Shown here piece by piece: positions 25,045 to 37,615 of a stretch of DNA of 64,000 nt. Source of the stretch: Octopus vulgaris (taxonomy: Eukaryota); contig OX597824.1 in the NCBI GenBank assembly GCA_951406725.2, positions 78,740,001-78,804,000 of the forward strand. Reading direction: 5' to 3'. The notes below the pieces were generated by a model. It worked only from the letters and a program-made list of their open reading frames with translations. It was not told the origin of the DNA and did no database searches. The first letter of the stretch is position 1. Each line of letters begins with the position of its first letter. Both the position numbers and the translations under genes were made by a program.

Positions 25045-26222
25045 TTCTGATCGTGGCCGTTCGCCAGCCTCATCTGGCACCTGTGTCGGTGGCACATAAA
25101 AACACCATCCGAAGACCCGGCGATGTAGTCAGTCCACCTGTGCATACCTTCCCTCTTATGACACTTGTGAAGACCTGTTGAGGCAAGTGTGTGACACTAG
25201 TGAAGACCTGTTGAGGCAGAGGCAAGTGTGTGACACTTTGTGAAGACCTGTTGAGGCAGAGGCAAGTGTGTGACACTTGTGGAGACGTGTTGAGGCAAGT
25301 GTGTGACACGTGTGACACTTGTGAAGACCTGTTGAGGCAAGTGAAAATCAAACCAAACTTGTGAAGACCTGTTGAGGCAAGTGAAAATCAAACCAAATCA
25401 AAATAGATGAACATCAATGGAATTTGTATCTTTGAGGTTCCAGTACCGGTGGCACACAAGAAAACCATCCGATCGTGACCGTTCGCCAGCCTCATCTGGC
25501 ACCTGTGTCGGTGGCACATAAAAACACCATCCGAAGACCCGGCAAGACTAGTCAGGCCATAACCCGTGGCCCCTACCTGGGACGTAGTCAGTCCACCTGT
25601 GCATACCTTCCTTCTTGTGACACTTGTGAAGACCTGTTGAGGCAAGTGAAAATCAAATCAAATCAAAACAAATCAAAATAGATGAACATCAATGGAATTT
25701 GTATCTTTGTGGTACCAGTGCCGGTGGCACACAAGAAAATCATCCGAACGTGGCCGTAGCCAGTACCGCATAGACTGGCCTCCGTGCTTTGGGGACGTAA
25801 CAAACACCATCCGATCGTGGCCGTCCGCCAGCCTCATCTGGCACCTGTGTCGGTGGCACATAAAAACACCATCCGAGCATGGCCGTCTGCCAGCCTCGTC
25901 TGGCACCTGTGTCGGTGGCACATAAAAACACCATCCGAGCGTGGCCGTCTGCCAGCCTCGTCTGGCACCTGTGTCGGTGGCACATAAAAACACCATCCGA
26001 GCGTGGCCGTTCGCCAGCCTCGTCTGGCACCTGTGTCGGTGGCACATAAAATCACCCACTACATTCTCGGAGTGGTTGGCGTTAGGAAGGGCATCCAGCT
26101 GTAGAAACACTGCCAGATCTGACTGGCCTGGTGCAGCCTTCGGGCTCCCCAGACCCCAGTTGAACCGTCCAACCCATGCTAGCATGGAAAACGGACGCTA
26201 AATGATGATGATGATGATGATG
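25045..26222 (+). mobile_element. RTE 3' UTR-derived repeat with internal duplications and tandem 62-bp units
   Basis: Same tail; units at 25805, 25867, 25929 and 25991. Other copies near 19565, 29572, 34295, 40652, 42280, 47020 and 53117. Confidence 0.85.
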
Positions 26223-26775
26223 ATATATATATATGCATATATATAGTATGTGTATATATGTGCATATGTGAATTAAATATTCATATGCATATATATATAT
26301 ATTTATACATATATGTATACATATTTATTCACATATCCATATATATATATATACACACACAGGTATACACATATATATATACACACATATACATATATAA
26401 ACATAGGTACACATACATAGACCTACACACACGTATGCATGTATATGTATGTATGTATGTGCGTATGACTGAATGGTAAACAGGATTATATTTCGAAATT
26501 ATGGTTTCATTCAATCAATCTTTTGACTGTCTGTAAATATTACTTGCACATGGATAAACCTACGAGGCCACACAACGCTAACGCAGGAGTGAACATAACA
26601 CTTATATGTTTTGTTACAACTAAACAGAAATGTTATAAGTATCTAGACAGTCAGACAGAGAGGAAGAAAGGTATGTATGTATGTATGTATGTATGTATGT
26701 ATGTATGTATGTACAAACAGAAATTTTGTTAGAATGTTGATTATATATTAAATGTTTTATTTATTTGTACATATA

Positions 26776-27175
26776 GGCGCAGGAGTGGCTGTCTGGTAAG
26801 TAGCTTGCTTACCAACCGCATATTTCTGGGTTCAGTCCCACTGCATGGCGCCTTGGGCAAGTGTCTTCTACTATAGCCTCGGGCTGACCGAAGCCTTGTG
26901 AGTGGATTTGGTAGACGGAAACTGAAAGAAGACCGTCGTATATATGTATATGTATATGTGTATGTGTGTATGTGTGTCTCTGTTTGTCTCCCCCAACATC
27001 GCTTGACAACCGATGCTGGTGTGTTTACATCCACATAACTTAGCAGTTCGGCAAAAGAAACTGATAGAATAAGTACTAGGCTTACGAAGAACAAGTCCTG
27101 GGGTCGATTTGCTTGACTAAAAGGCGGTGCTCCAGTATGGCCGCAGTCAAATGACTGAAACAAGTAAAAGAGTAA
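26776..27175 (+). mobile_element. tRNA-derived SINE family A with internal microsatellite (representative copy)
   Basis: Head GGCGCAGGAGTGGCTG..GGTAAG..GGTTCAGTCCC; other copies near 7205-7515(-), 10283-10682(+), 11068-11512(-), 22887-23279(+), 45293-45808(-), 51272-51621(-), 54612-54979(+), 61700-62058(-). Confidence 0.85.
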
Positions 27176-28510
27176 TATACCTATGCACACACATACACAT
27201 ACATACAGACACACACACACAGACAGACAGAGACACACAGACAGACAGACAGACAGACAGACACACACACACACACACACACATGTATATAAGAATTGGC
27301 CCCTTGTGGATTACAATGCAGCTGTGAAGGGGTGTGCCTTTTGGTTGGGGGAATTGGCATGAAGGGGGACTGAACCGAAGACTATGTGATTTGGAAGCTA
27401 ATCTCTTAACCACACAGTCATATGTATCTCATTCAGTCAGTCTCTCTCTCTCTCTTTCCTCTCCTTTCTATTCCTACTGAAGTAGCCAAATGTGGAAGCA
27501 CTCCGTCGGTTACATATGATGAGGGTTCCGGTTGATCCGAATCAACGGAACAGCCTGCTCGTGAAATTAACGTGTAAGTGGCTGAGCACTCCACAGACAC
27601 ATGTAACCTTAACGTAGTTCTTCCGGATATTCAGCGTGACACAGAGAGTGACAAGGCCGGCCCCTTGAAATACAGGTACAACAGAAACAGGAAGTAAGAG
27701 TGAGAGAAAGTTGTGGTGAAAGAGTACAGCAGGGATCACCACCATCCCCTGCCGGAGCCTCGTGGAGCTTTTAGGTATTTTCGCTCAATAAACACTCACA
27801 ACGCCCGGTCTGGGAATCGAAACAGCGATCCTATGACCGCGAACCCGCTGCCCTAACCACTAGGCCATTGCGCCTCCACTGTAGCCAAATATCTCCTCTA
27901 TTGTAAGACACCTACAACTATCCCTCTATTATACTTTAACCTCTTAACTGGCACAAAGCCACCTCCCTCAGTACCACTCTATTTCCCTGCCAAGTGGTCT
28001 AAGTCTTCCAAGTTACTTGGCAACCCCACTGGTGCTGGTGCCACATAAAAAGCACTCAGTACATCATGTAGAGTGGTTGGCATTAAGAAGGGTATCCAGC
28101 CATGCCTGAACACAAAGCCTGGTGCGGTTCTGGTTTACCAGCTCCTGTCAAACCAGCCACACTATACCAGCATAGAAGATGGATGCATGATAATGATGAT
28201 GATATAAATATACTATGCACAAGACACCGAGAATAAAATTCAAATATTATAAAGCCATCTGTTGTGATGAAAAAGAGAAAAAAAAAACCTTTATATACAG
28301 ACACCACAAAAGTAAATAGACACAAATAAATAGAAATAAATCTATTGACTTTTGGGTAATATAAACATATTCCTTCTATGCTTTTGATGTACAGAAAAAA
28401 AGAGGAAGAAGAGCCTTCGTATGGTCTGTTTCACAATTTTTTGATTATTACTGAAAGAAAATATATACCTGTCTGCTTTCACAATCAATATTATAGAAAC
28501 TACTATTTAC

Positions 28511-28557
28511 ATGTGTGTGTGTGTGTGTGTGTATATACACATGTATATATACACACA

Positions 28558-28596
<39 letters not shown>

Positions 28597-28634
28597 CATA
28601 TATATATCTATATATATACACACATTCATATATA

Positions 28635-28702
<68 letters not shown>

Positions 28703-28982
28703 CACATTCATATATATATATATATATATATACACACATTCATATATATATATATATATATACACACACATTCATATATATATATATATATACACATATA
28801 TATATATATATATACACACATATATATATATATATATACACACATTCACACACATTCATATATATATATATATACACACATTCATATATATATATATACA
28901 CACATTCATATATATATATACACACACACATTCATATATATATACACACACACACATTCATATATATATATATACACACACA

Positions 28983-29023
<41 letters not shown>

Positions 29024-29190
29024 TCATATACATATATATATACACACATTCATATACATATACACACATTCATATACATATATATATACACACATTCATA
29101 TATATATATATACACACATTCATATATATATACACACACACATATATATATATATACACACATTCATATATATATATATATACACAGATA
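28511..29190. repeat. Compound (TA)n/(CA)n microsatellite
   Basis: Direct reading. Confidence 0.95.
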
Positions 29191-29344
29191 AATAGATAGA
29201 TATAGATATATGTACGTATAGCAGTAAACAACTAAACTAATACAGTAAGGAACATTTTTAAGTAACATATTTGTGCTTTAGACAGTTTATCATCAAGTAA
29301 ATGTTATATATTTGATACACAATCTCACCGTGGCTGTAACTTAC

Positions 29345-29496
29345 CATAAATCTTTGAGAAAGATGGTCAGGTGTAGAACCAGGTTGGAAAGGCTTTTGAA
29401 GAAGTATTTTTGGTTCGTTATATGGAACAGCAGCGGTTGGTTTCAGAGGTTGTTCGGTTGTGGTACTTTCTCCATCGGACATATTTGAAGCTCCAT
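29345..29496 (-). CDS. WDHD1: WDHD1 exon 12 (GASNMSDGES...LLQKPFQPGSTPDHLSQRFM)
   Basis: ttttag| and |gtaagt; 152 nt; QKPFQxGSTP marks the start of the SepB domain. Confidence 0.95.
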
Positions 29497-30449
29497 CTAA
29501 AAGAAGATTAAGTTATTAGTGATCAATACAATTCCACAAAGAATAATTATATAACCCTTAATGTTTTTACATTTAGCGTCCGCTTTCCATGCTAGCATGG
29601 GTTGGACAGTTCAACTGGGGTCTGTGAAGCCAGAAGGCTGCATCAGGCCCAGTCTGATCTGGCAGTGTTTCTACGGCTGGATGCCCTTCCTAACGCCAAC
29701 CACTCCGTGAGTGTAGTGGGTGCTTTTTACGTGCCAGCCGCACAGGTGCCAGACGGAGCTGGCAAATGGCCACGAACGGATGGTGCTTTTACGTGCCACC
29801 GGCACGGGGGCCAGGCGAGGCTGGCAACGCTTTTTACGTGCCACCGGCACAAGGCCAGTCAAACCCTTAATGTTTTTACTATTATTATTATTATTATCAT
29901 TATTAAAGCAGTGACTGGCAGACTCGGCATTTCATCTTTATGTTCTGAATTCAAATTCCGCTGACATCAACTTTGCCTTCCATCCTTTCGGGGTCGATAA
30001 AATAAGTACCAGTTATGTACTGGGGTTGAAGTAATCGACTCCACCCCTCCCACAAATTTCAGGCCTTGTGCCTATAGTAGGATTATTATTATTAGATATG
30101 GCTGTTATTTTGCTAAGGTCCACTTTGACTTTCATCTTCACGGAGCCTATGTAATCGACTTATATTGATGATGATGATGATGATGTTGATGATGATGATG
30201 ATGATGATGATGTTGATTAATGATGAAATTGATGATGATGATGATATTGATGATGATGCTCCCCTTTGTGCTTTCAAAGTTATGTGTGGAATAAGAGATC
30301 CTTTTCTTGCAAAACAGATATGGGTTAGCATCAGGAAGGGCATTTGGCCATAACAAAACAAACGCCTCAATAGCATATTTGTTTAACCCACGCTAATATG
30401 GAAATGGGCACAAAAAAAAACAAACAAATTATAACTGAAGCTCACCGCA

Positions 30450-30483
<34 letters not shown>

Positions 30484-30544
30484 TTAGTGATAATGATAAT
30501 TATTAGAATTCCACCAAGGTCGACTTTGCCTTTCATCCTTTTGG

Positions 30545-30945
30545 ATGGTGGAGGCGGTAGTGGTAGTGGCCATGGTAGTGATGATGATGATGATGATAGT
30601 GGTGATGGTGATGATGGTAATATTGGTGGTGGTAGTAAAGGTTATGGTGACTGTAGTAGTTGTCATGACAACAATGGTACTAGTGATAATGACAACGATT
30701 GCAACAATAAGGATGCTGATGATGACGAGGGTGGCACTGATGACAATGGTAGTAGAGATGAAGATAGTGGCGACAGTGAGACTGTTGGTGCTTGTGACAA
30801 CAATGCTGGTATTGGTGATGATGGAGATTATAACGGCTTTGCTGCTGACGATAATGATCGTATTGATAATGATTAGTGGAGATGGTGATAATAGTGCTAC
30901 TTATGACAACAATGATGGCAGTTGTGGCGATGGAGATGATGACAG
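30545..30945. repeat. Degenerate trinucleotide (GAT/GGT/GAC) low-complexity tract, intronic
   Basis: Direct reading. Confidence 0.85.
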
Positions 30946-31019
30946 GAAATGACGGAAGCAAAGAATCGTAAAAAATGAAGATTGTGAAGAAAAAGCACAC
31001 AAGACAACGTTTGTCTTAC

Positions 31020-31239
31020 CTTTTGATGCGTCATCATCAAATATGGCTTCGGGATTGAGCTTAGCAGTGAATTCGTTGTCGCTCTGCTCTCCAGCATCTA
31101 CCGAAGGAATGTCGGGTCCAATAGCGCCAGACAACATCTCATCGTCAAGGTCATCGAAAGCATCGTCGTCGTCATCTAAATTGTTATCCACAGTAGCAGA
31201 GGCGGGGTCGGATGTGGTGACTGCGGGTTGTTCAGCGCT
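31020..31239 (-). CDS. WDHD1: WDHD1 exon 11, acidic linker (SAEQPAVTTSDPASATVDNNLDDDDDAFDDLDDEMLSG...IFDDDASK)
   Basis: tgacag| and |gtaag; 220 nt, open frame; phase links exons 10 and 12. Confidence 0.85.
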
Positions 31240-31567
31240 CTGTCAAAGAATCCAACATTAGTCAACAATGTCGCTGTTAACATCCACTTTTACAATTAAT
31301 TTTTTAAATAATAAAGAATTTAGTAAATTAACAATGGCAGTAACCTTTAGCATGCATAAGGTGCATCATGCCACCATGCAACACATCTTCCCTGTAGCTG
31401 CAGGCACATTATGTTGCATTGAAAGGGGAGAAAAATCGTATGGCAACATAATGCACTAACAACATGCTAAAGGTTCAGCTGATGTTTGGAACATATATTA
31501 CTTAGAAATTTTGATGGAAGATTTTAATTTAGACAACTTTAAAACTGGAGGTTTATATCAAAGAACA

Positions 31568-31885
31568 GTGGAGGTGCAATAGCCCAGTGGTTAGGGCAGC
31601 GGACTCGCGGTCGGAGGATCGCGGTTTCGATTCCCAGATCAGGCGTTGTGTGTGTTTATTGAGCGAAAACACCAAAAGCTCCACGAGGCTCTGGCAGGGG
31701 CTGGTGGCAACCCCTGTTGTACTCTTTCGCCCCAACTTTCTCTCACTCTTTCTTCCTGTTTCTTGAGTAACGCTGCGATGGACTGGCATCCTGTCCAGCT
31801 GGGGGGAACACATACACCAAAGAAACCGAGAAACCAGGCCCATGAGCCTAGCTAGGCTTGAAAAGGGCGCATAAATAAATAAATA
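31568..31885 (+). mobile_element. tRNA-derived SINE family C, representative copy
   Basis: Head GTGGAGGTGCAATAGCCCAGTGGTTAGGG..GTTTCGATTCCC; relatives at 27490-27879(-), 36317-36623(+), 36643-36901(-), 50862-51163(-). Confidence 0.85.
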
Positions 31886-32044
31886 TCAAAGAACTACAGG
31901 AAGTCTCAGATAGTTTGGTATTACAAGTGTTAATATTTTATCATTAGCACCAACAAGAATTATAGTTTATTGATGATTAATAGCAAGTCCAATGTATAAA
32001 ATAGTGTGACAAATTTTTCTTTCTTCAGTTCATTCAATACTTAC

Positions 32045-32098
32045 TGTGTTTTTACTAGCAGCAGTTGATAAAACATTTTCAAATAATCCAATCTGTCC
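32045..32098 (-). CDS. WDHD1: WDHD1 exon 10 (GQIGLFENVLSTAASKNT)
   Basis: ttttag| and |gtaagt; 54 nt; homologous to GNLGLLENV. Confidence 0.88.
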
Positions 32099-32794
32099 CT
32101 AAAAATAAAAACAATAATGAGAATCCTTTCTACTATAGGCACGACGCTTGAAATTTTGAGGAAGGGGGTGGTTTGATGTAATCCTAGTGGATATAATCAG
32201 CTACCTCTGTGCCATAAGTCAATTTGATTAGAACTCAACTGGTGCTACACAACAATCTCTTTCCAATATAGAGTTACAATAAATAATTTAAAGTTTTTGA
32301 TAGAAACACAAGAAAAGGAAATAGTTGTTTTATAACTAAATATAACTAAAGGTTGATTATGATGCTAGGAAATGCAATGAGGATAAAATATACATGTAAA
32401 GCAGGAGTTCTCTGCTAACAGAGCTTGAGTTAGAGAAGTAGAGAAAGAAACAAAGACTTGATGACAATTTGGAAGTAAATCATTAAGAATGTAGAGCTTT
32501 ACAAAAGATATAGTGACATGGGACTGAAATACAGAGAGCTGTTGTACTACTACAGACCCATGAAACCCATGGTAACATAAAGCAAAATAGATGCAAAATT
32601 GGTTGCAGTGGTGGTGATGGGAAAGACAAAAGAAAGGAGAGGAGGAAGGGAGAAGGAAGAGAAGATGCAGAGGAAGAGGAGGGGAGAGAAAGGAAGCAAT
32701 GGAGAAAGGAGTAAGAGGGGAAGGGAAGCAAAGGAAGAGGAAAGATGAGGAGGATTGGAGGAAGAAGAGAAGGAAAAGATGTATATTTTTTTAC

Positions 32795-32873
32795 CTCATT
32801 ATCAGTGAAAATAATTTCACTGCTCTTTATTGGATTCCAGCAAATAGCTGTGAAGGTCTTCTCATGTTTATAA
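32795..32873 (-). CDS. WDHD1: WDHD1 exon 9 (YKHEKTFTAICWNPIKSSEIIFTDNE)
   Basis: ttacag| and |gtaaa; 79 nt; homologous to KHEKG..ICGLAWHP. Confidence 0.92.
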
Positions 32874-32922
32874 CTGTAAAAACAAAAACAACAAAAAAGC
32901 ATCTCTATTATTATTATTATTA

Positions 32923-33402
32923 CTGAGTGAGAGAGCAGTGCATGCCATCAAAGTGACACTGGGGTAAAATATACGAAGCCCAATATACCCATCATGACTA
33001 CCCGTCTGATAAGGGTACATCAGGCACATGCATCACAACCATATGTGTGCACGACATGGTGATCTCATATCAAGATAAACAGCACATGACCTTGCAGGTG
33101 GAGCCCAGTTAGAATTTTCTTCAGGTTGAGTAGCCCATCCCGCTCAAAAGGTCCCTGAATAAGGGTTGTTTAAGGATGTTGAAAGAACCACCCATGTTTC
33201 CAGAGGTGAATTATTCAAACCCCAAAGAATCCTTCTCAACACATGGCTATGATGCTCCCCCACTACTTCTGCTCGTGATCAGAGATGCACATTTCGTCAG
33301 CCTCTAAGGGACATGCTCAACTGGTTACGGTCAAACAACTGACAAGCAAATCTGTGGTATTGAGCAGAATATTTGCTGTAGCCCATCTTTTATACCAAGA
33401 CA
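32923..33402 (-). mobile_element. Non-coding element of about 480 bp inserted in an (ATT)n tract
   Basis: Complex sequence bounded by (ATT)n on both sides. Confidence 0.55.
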
Positions 33403-36252
33403 TTATTATTATTATTATTATTAAGATTATTATTAAGGCGGTGAGCTGGCAGAATTGTTAGCACGCTAGGTCAAAGTGCTTAGTGGCATTTTATCTATCT
33501 TTTCGTTCTGAGTTCAAATTCCGCCTCTGATTATGCCTTTCATCCTTTCGGAGACCATGAAATAAGTATCAGTTGAACACTGGTGTTGATGTACACAACT
33601 TACACCTACCTCAAAATTACTAGCCTTGGGCTAAAACGCAAAACAACAACACCACCACCACCACCACCACCACAGTGACAATATTTTTCTTAGGATACAA
33701 GCAGTTCCCATGAGCACTATTTTTTGAATTTCCTGGTATCTGAGATAGGGAACAAAATCCCAGAGGATTTTGCTAGTCTCTGACTCTGCCACTCTCTGCA
33801 GTTTGTGCTCATACCTATTTCTTTACTACCCACAAGGGGCTAAAAACAGAGAGGACAAACAAGGACAGACAAACGGATTAAGTCGATTATATCGACCCCA
33901 GTGCGTAACTGGTACTTATTTAATCGACCCCGAAAGGATGAAAGGCAAAGTCGACTTCGGCGGAATTTGAACTCAGAACGTAACGGCAGACGAAATACGG
34001 CTACGCATTTCGCCCGGCGTGCTAACGTTTCTGCTAGCTCATATCACACCTTCCTCTCTCTAGCCCACACTTTCGCCCAGTTTCCAATGTAGCACTTTCA
34101 CTATCTGATCAGGTCGCTACAACTTGTAGTGGGTTTGGGCAAGGCTAGGGCATTCATTCATGATATGGGATATGGGCAATGGTTTCATCCACTCTATTGC
34201 AGATGCAGCATAGCAGAGACACTTGCTTATTCCCAAGATTGACCCTCCAGTCCATGGCCAAAGCTTGGTCTTGTGCTGCCAGTATAGTGCTCTTCATCAT
34301 CATCATCATCATCATCGTTTAACGTCTGTTCCCCATGCTAGCATGGGTTGGACGGTTCGACTGGGGATCTGGGAAGCCAGAAGGCTGCACCAGGCTCCGG
34401 TCTTATCTGGCAAAGTTTCTACAGCTGGATGCCCTTCCTAACGCCAACCACTCCGTGAGTGTAGTGGGTGCTCTTTACGTGCCACCTGCACTGGTGCCAG
34501 GCGAGGCTGGCATCGGCCACGGTCGGATTGGTGCATTTTACGTGCCACCTGCACGGAAGCCAGTCGAGGCGGCACTGGCTTTGGCCACGATTCGGATGGT
34601 TTTCTTTTTTTAGTATTCCTTTCATCAGCCAATTACACCTACTTTTTCCAGCAACTTCTGATGTGGATGCATGGGATTGTGTAACAACAACAACAACAAA
34701 CAAGAAGAAACTATATCAGAGAATATAGAAATATTTTAGTCTCCTTCTGGCTTTGGAAATTGTTACCACATTGCAGCAGAATTACTCAAAAGGATTAATG
34801 TAATCTTTAATCTTTAATATTTCACAAAGAACAAAATACAATAGCATTAATTATAATGAGTCTCTATCAATAATATTTTCCATTAATCCAAAGTTACGAG
34901 TTAATAAATACAGGCTCTTTGTATAATATCTAAAGGGTAATTTTCAAATATAATAAAATACTAAGAATTGGATTATAATGTCTGTCTCCTCTAGATAAAA
35001 AATAGTTTCAATTAATCTGTTAATATGAGGAGATAATTCTGTCTATTGTCAGTCTACATCATCAATATTTTAATGCTTTCTTTTTTGTGTTGGCATGGAT
35101 CAGACAGAATTTTCTAAGGCAGATTTTCTACTGCCACATGAATATCCTGTTACCTATTTCTTTACTGCCCACAAGGGGCTACACACAGAGGGAACAAACA
35201 AGGACAGACAAACGGATTAAGTCGATTACATCGACCCCAGTGCGTAACTAGTACTTAATTTATCGACCCCGAAAGGATGAAAGGCAAAGTTGACCTCAGC
35301 GGAATTTGAACTCAGAACGTAACGGCAGACGAAATACGGCTACGCATTTCGCCCGGCGTGCTAAAGCTTCTGCCAGCTTGCCGCCTTATGAATATCTTGT
35401 TACCATCCTCATCAACATCTGTTTTCCGTCCTGGCATAGGTTGGACAGTTTGACAGGAGCTGGTGAGCCAGAGAGCTACTCCAGGCTCAAATTATCTGTT
35501 TTGGCACGGTTTCTATGGCTGAATGCCCTTCCTAACGCCAACCACTTTACAGAATGTACCGAATACATTTTACATAGCACTGGCAAGGTAATAGTTTTCC
35601 CCTATCACTGGATATGTTTTTATGGAACATCAGACATGAAGGACACCACTTATATGACAGTGATGCTCATTTACAACTATCATGTTATGAGAACCTCCAC
35701 GCACACACTCAACAAGCTTTTTTCAGTTTCCCCTCAACCAAATCCACTCCTACTCACAAGTCTTTGGTCAACCACATAATTACAATATCATGGTTAGTCC
35801 AACCCAGCCCCACACTCCATAAAGAGCATAGGGCTGGGTTGGTTTCCTGGTTTCTCTAGTATATACATTCCTCCCACAACAGGACATGATTTGTTATATG
35901 GACTGGAGCAATGTGAAATGAAGTATTTAGCTCAAGAACACGGCTCATTGCCCACTCCAGGAATCAAAACCACAATCTTGTAATCATGAGTCCAACACCC
36001 CAACCACTAAGCCATGGGCCTCCAATTATAATAATATCTTTTATCTATTACCTGTTTCAGTCATTAGACTGTGACCATGCTGGGGCACTGCCTTGAATTT
36101 TTAGTTGAATGAATTGACCCCAGTACCTCTTTTTTAAGCCCAGTACTTATTCTATCGGTCTCTTTTGCCAAACCACTAAGTTACAGGGACTTAAACATAC
36201 CAACACCAATTGTCAAGTGGAGATGAGAAGACAAACACAGACATACACACAC

Positions 36253-36319
<67 letters not shown>

Positions 36320-37263
36320 GAGGCACAATGGCCCAGTGGTTAGGGCAGCGAACTCGCGGTTGTAGGATCGCGGTTTCAATTCCCAGACCGGGCGTTATAA
36401 GTGTTTATTGAGCGAAAACACCTAGAGGTCCACAAGGTTCCAGCGGGGGGGGGGGGGGCGATCCCTGCTGTACTCTTTCGCCACAACTTTCTCTCACTCT
36501 TTCTTCTGTTGGCCTGCTCGCTTAGCCAGCGGGGTGGCGTCATTTGGAGGCTAAAACAATGCGAAGCGCATTGTGACCAGCGATGTGTAGCAACATCTGA
36601 TAGCCTGGTCGGTCACGGTGATCAATATATATATATATATATAAAGTAAATAAATGCGCCCTTTCAAAGCCTAGCCAGGCTCATGGGCTCGGTTTCCCGG
36701 TTTCAATGGTGTATGTGTTCCTCAACTGGATGCAACACCAGTCCATCGCAGCATTACTCATTTTTGTCAGCTGAGTGGACTGGAGCAACGTGAAATGAAG
36801 TGTTTTGCTCAAGAACACAATGCGTAGCCCAGTCCAGGTACTGAAACCACAATCTTACGATCATGATGCTGACACCCTAACCACTAAGCCACGTGCCTCC
36901 ACACACACACAGACACACATATATATATATATATAATCAATTATAATATTTTACTAAGCAGAATTATACCATGAGAGAAAATAGTCTATCTCAATCATCA
37001 GATCTGCTATATTATACAACAAACAGAAGGGCTTAACCAGCTAGAAATAGCAGCCAAAATCGCCCTCAAATCACACTCAACCATATTTACAAAAAAAAAG
37101 AAAGAAAATGATGAATAATATGGCCTTCAGTACCCAGAACACAGGGAAAGGAGGTGGGATGGTCATGACTGGAATACTTTTCATTCTAAGCCTGCTCAAT
37201 CAGAGCTGAAACATCAAAGAAAAAGTTTTTAAAGACAACAAACTCACCACATTCCTCACTTAC

Positions 37264-37370
37264 CTCTGTATGCAAAGTCTTTTGCTCCAGTCAAAAATTA
37301 GCAAGAGACCATCGAAACATGATGCCGCCAAATACTTCTGACAGCTGGAGAACATCAAAATGGAAATGAT
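37264..37370 (-). CDS. WDHD1: WDHD1 exon 8 (IISILMFSSCQKYLAASCFDGLLLIFDWSKRLCIQ-S)
   Basis: ttccag| and |gtaagt; 107 nt; homologous to SPCGQYLAAGS. Confidence 0.92.
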
Positions 37371-37570
37371 CTGGAACAAAAATAAAATAAATAAATAAGG
37401 CCAACAGAATAAGTACTAGGCTTACAAAGAATAAGCCCTGGGGTCGATTTCTTCGATTAAATGTGGTGCTCCAGTATGGCAGCATTCAAATTACTAAAAC
37501 AAGTAAAAGAATGAAAGAATAAAAGAAAGTATAAGTGTTGCTTTCTTCTTTCTTATTTGTGTGTCTCAAA

Positions 37571-37615
37571 GGACCACTGATGAGGTCACAGGAGTGTGAC
37601 GAAAGAACTCTGGCC
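37571..37615 (+). ncRNA. Minimal type I hammerhead motif, slightly decayed
   Basis: GGACCA-CTGATGA-G-GTCAC(AGGAGT)GTGAC-GAAA-GAAC-TC-TGGCC. Confidence 0.65.

Noticed and set aside
19720-26050. CRISPR-like look of repeated GTGCC-GGT-GGCAC-GTAAAAAGCACC motifs with variable intervening sequence
   Set aside because: The 'spacers' are homologous to each other, the arrays lie within RTE 3' UTR copies, no cas genes are present, and the context is eukaryotic
28511-29195. Long YI/HT-rich ORFs (also near 44541, 52785 and 58948)
   Set aside because: Translations of TA/CA microsatellites
30481-30952. D/G-rich and V/M-rich ORFs
   Set aside because: Stop-poor degenerate trinucleotide tract in an intron, with no splice support
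31568-31640. tRNA-like sequences at SINE heads (also near 26776 and 52450)
   Set aside because: No complete cloverleaf or acceptor stem; they continue into SINE bodies
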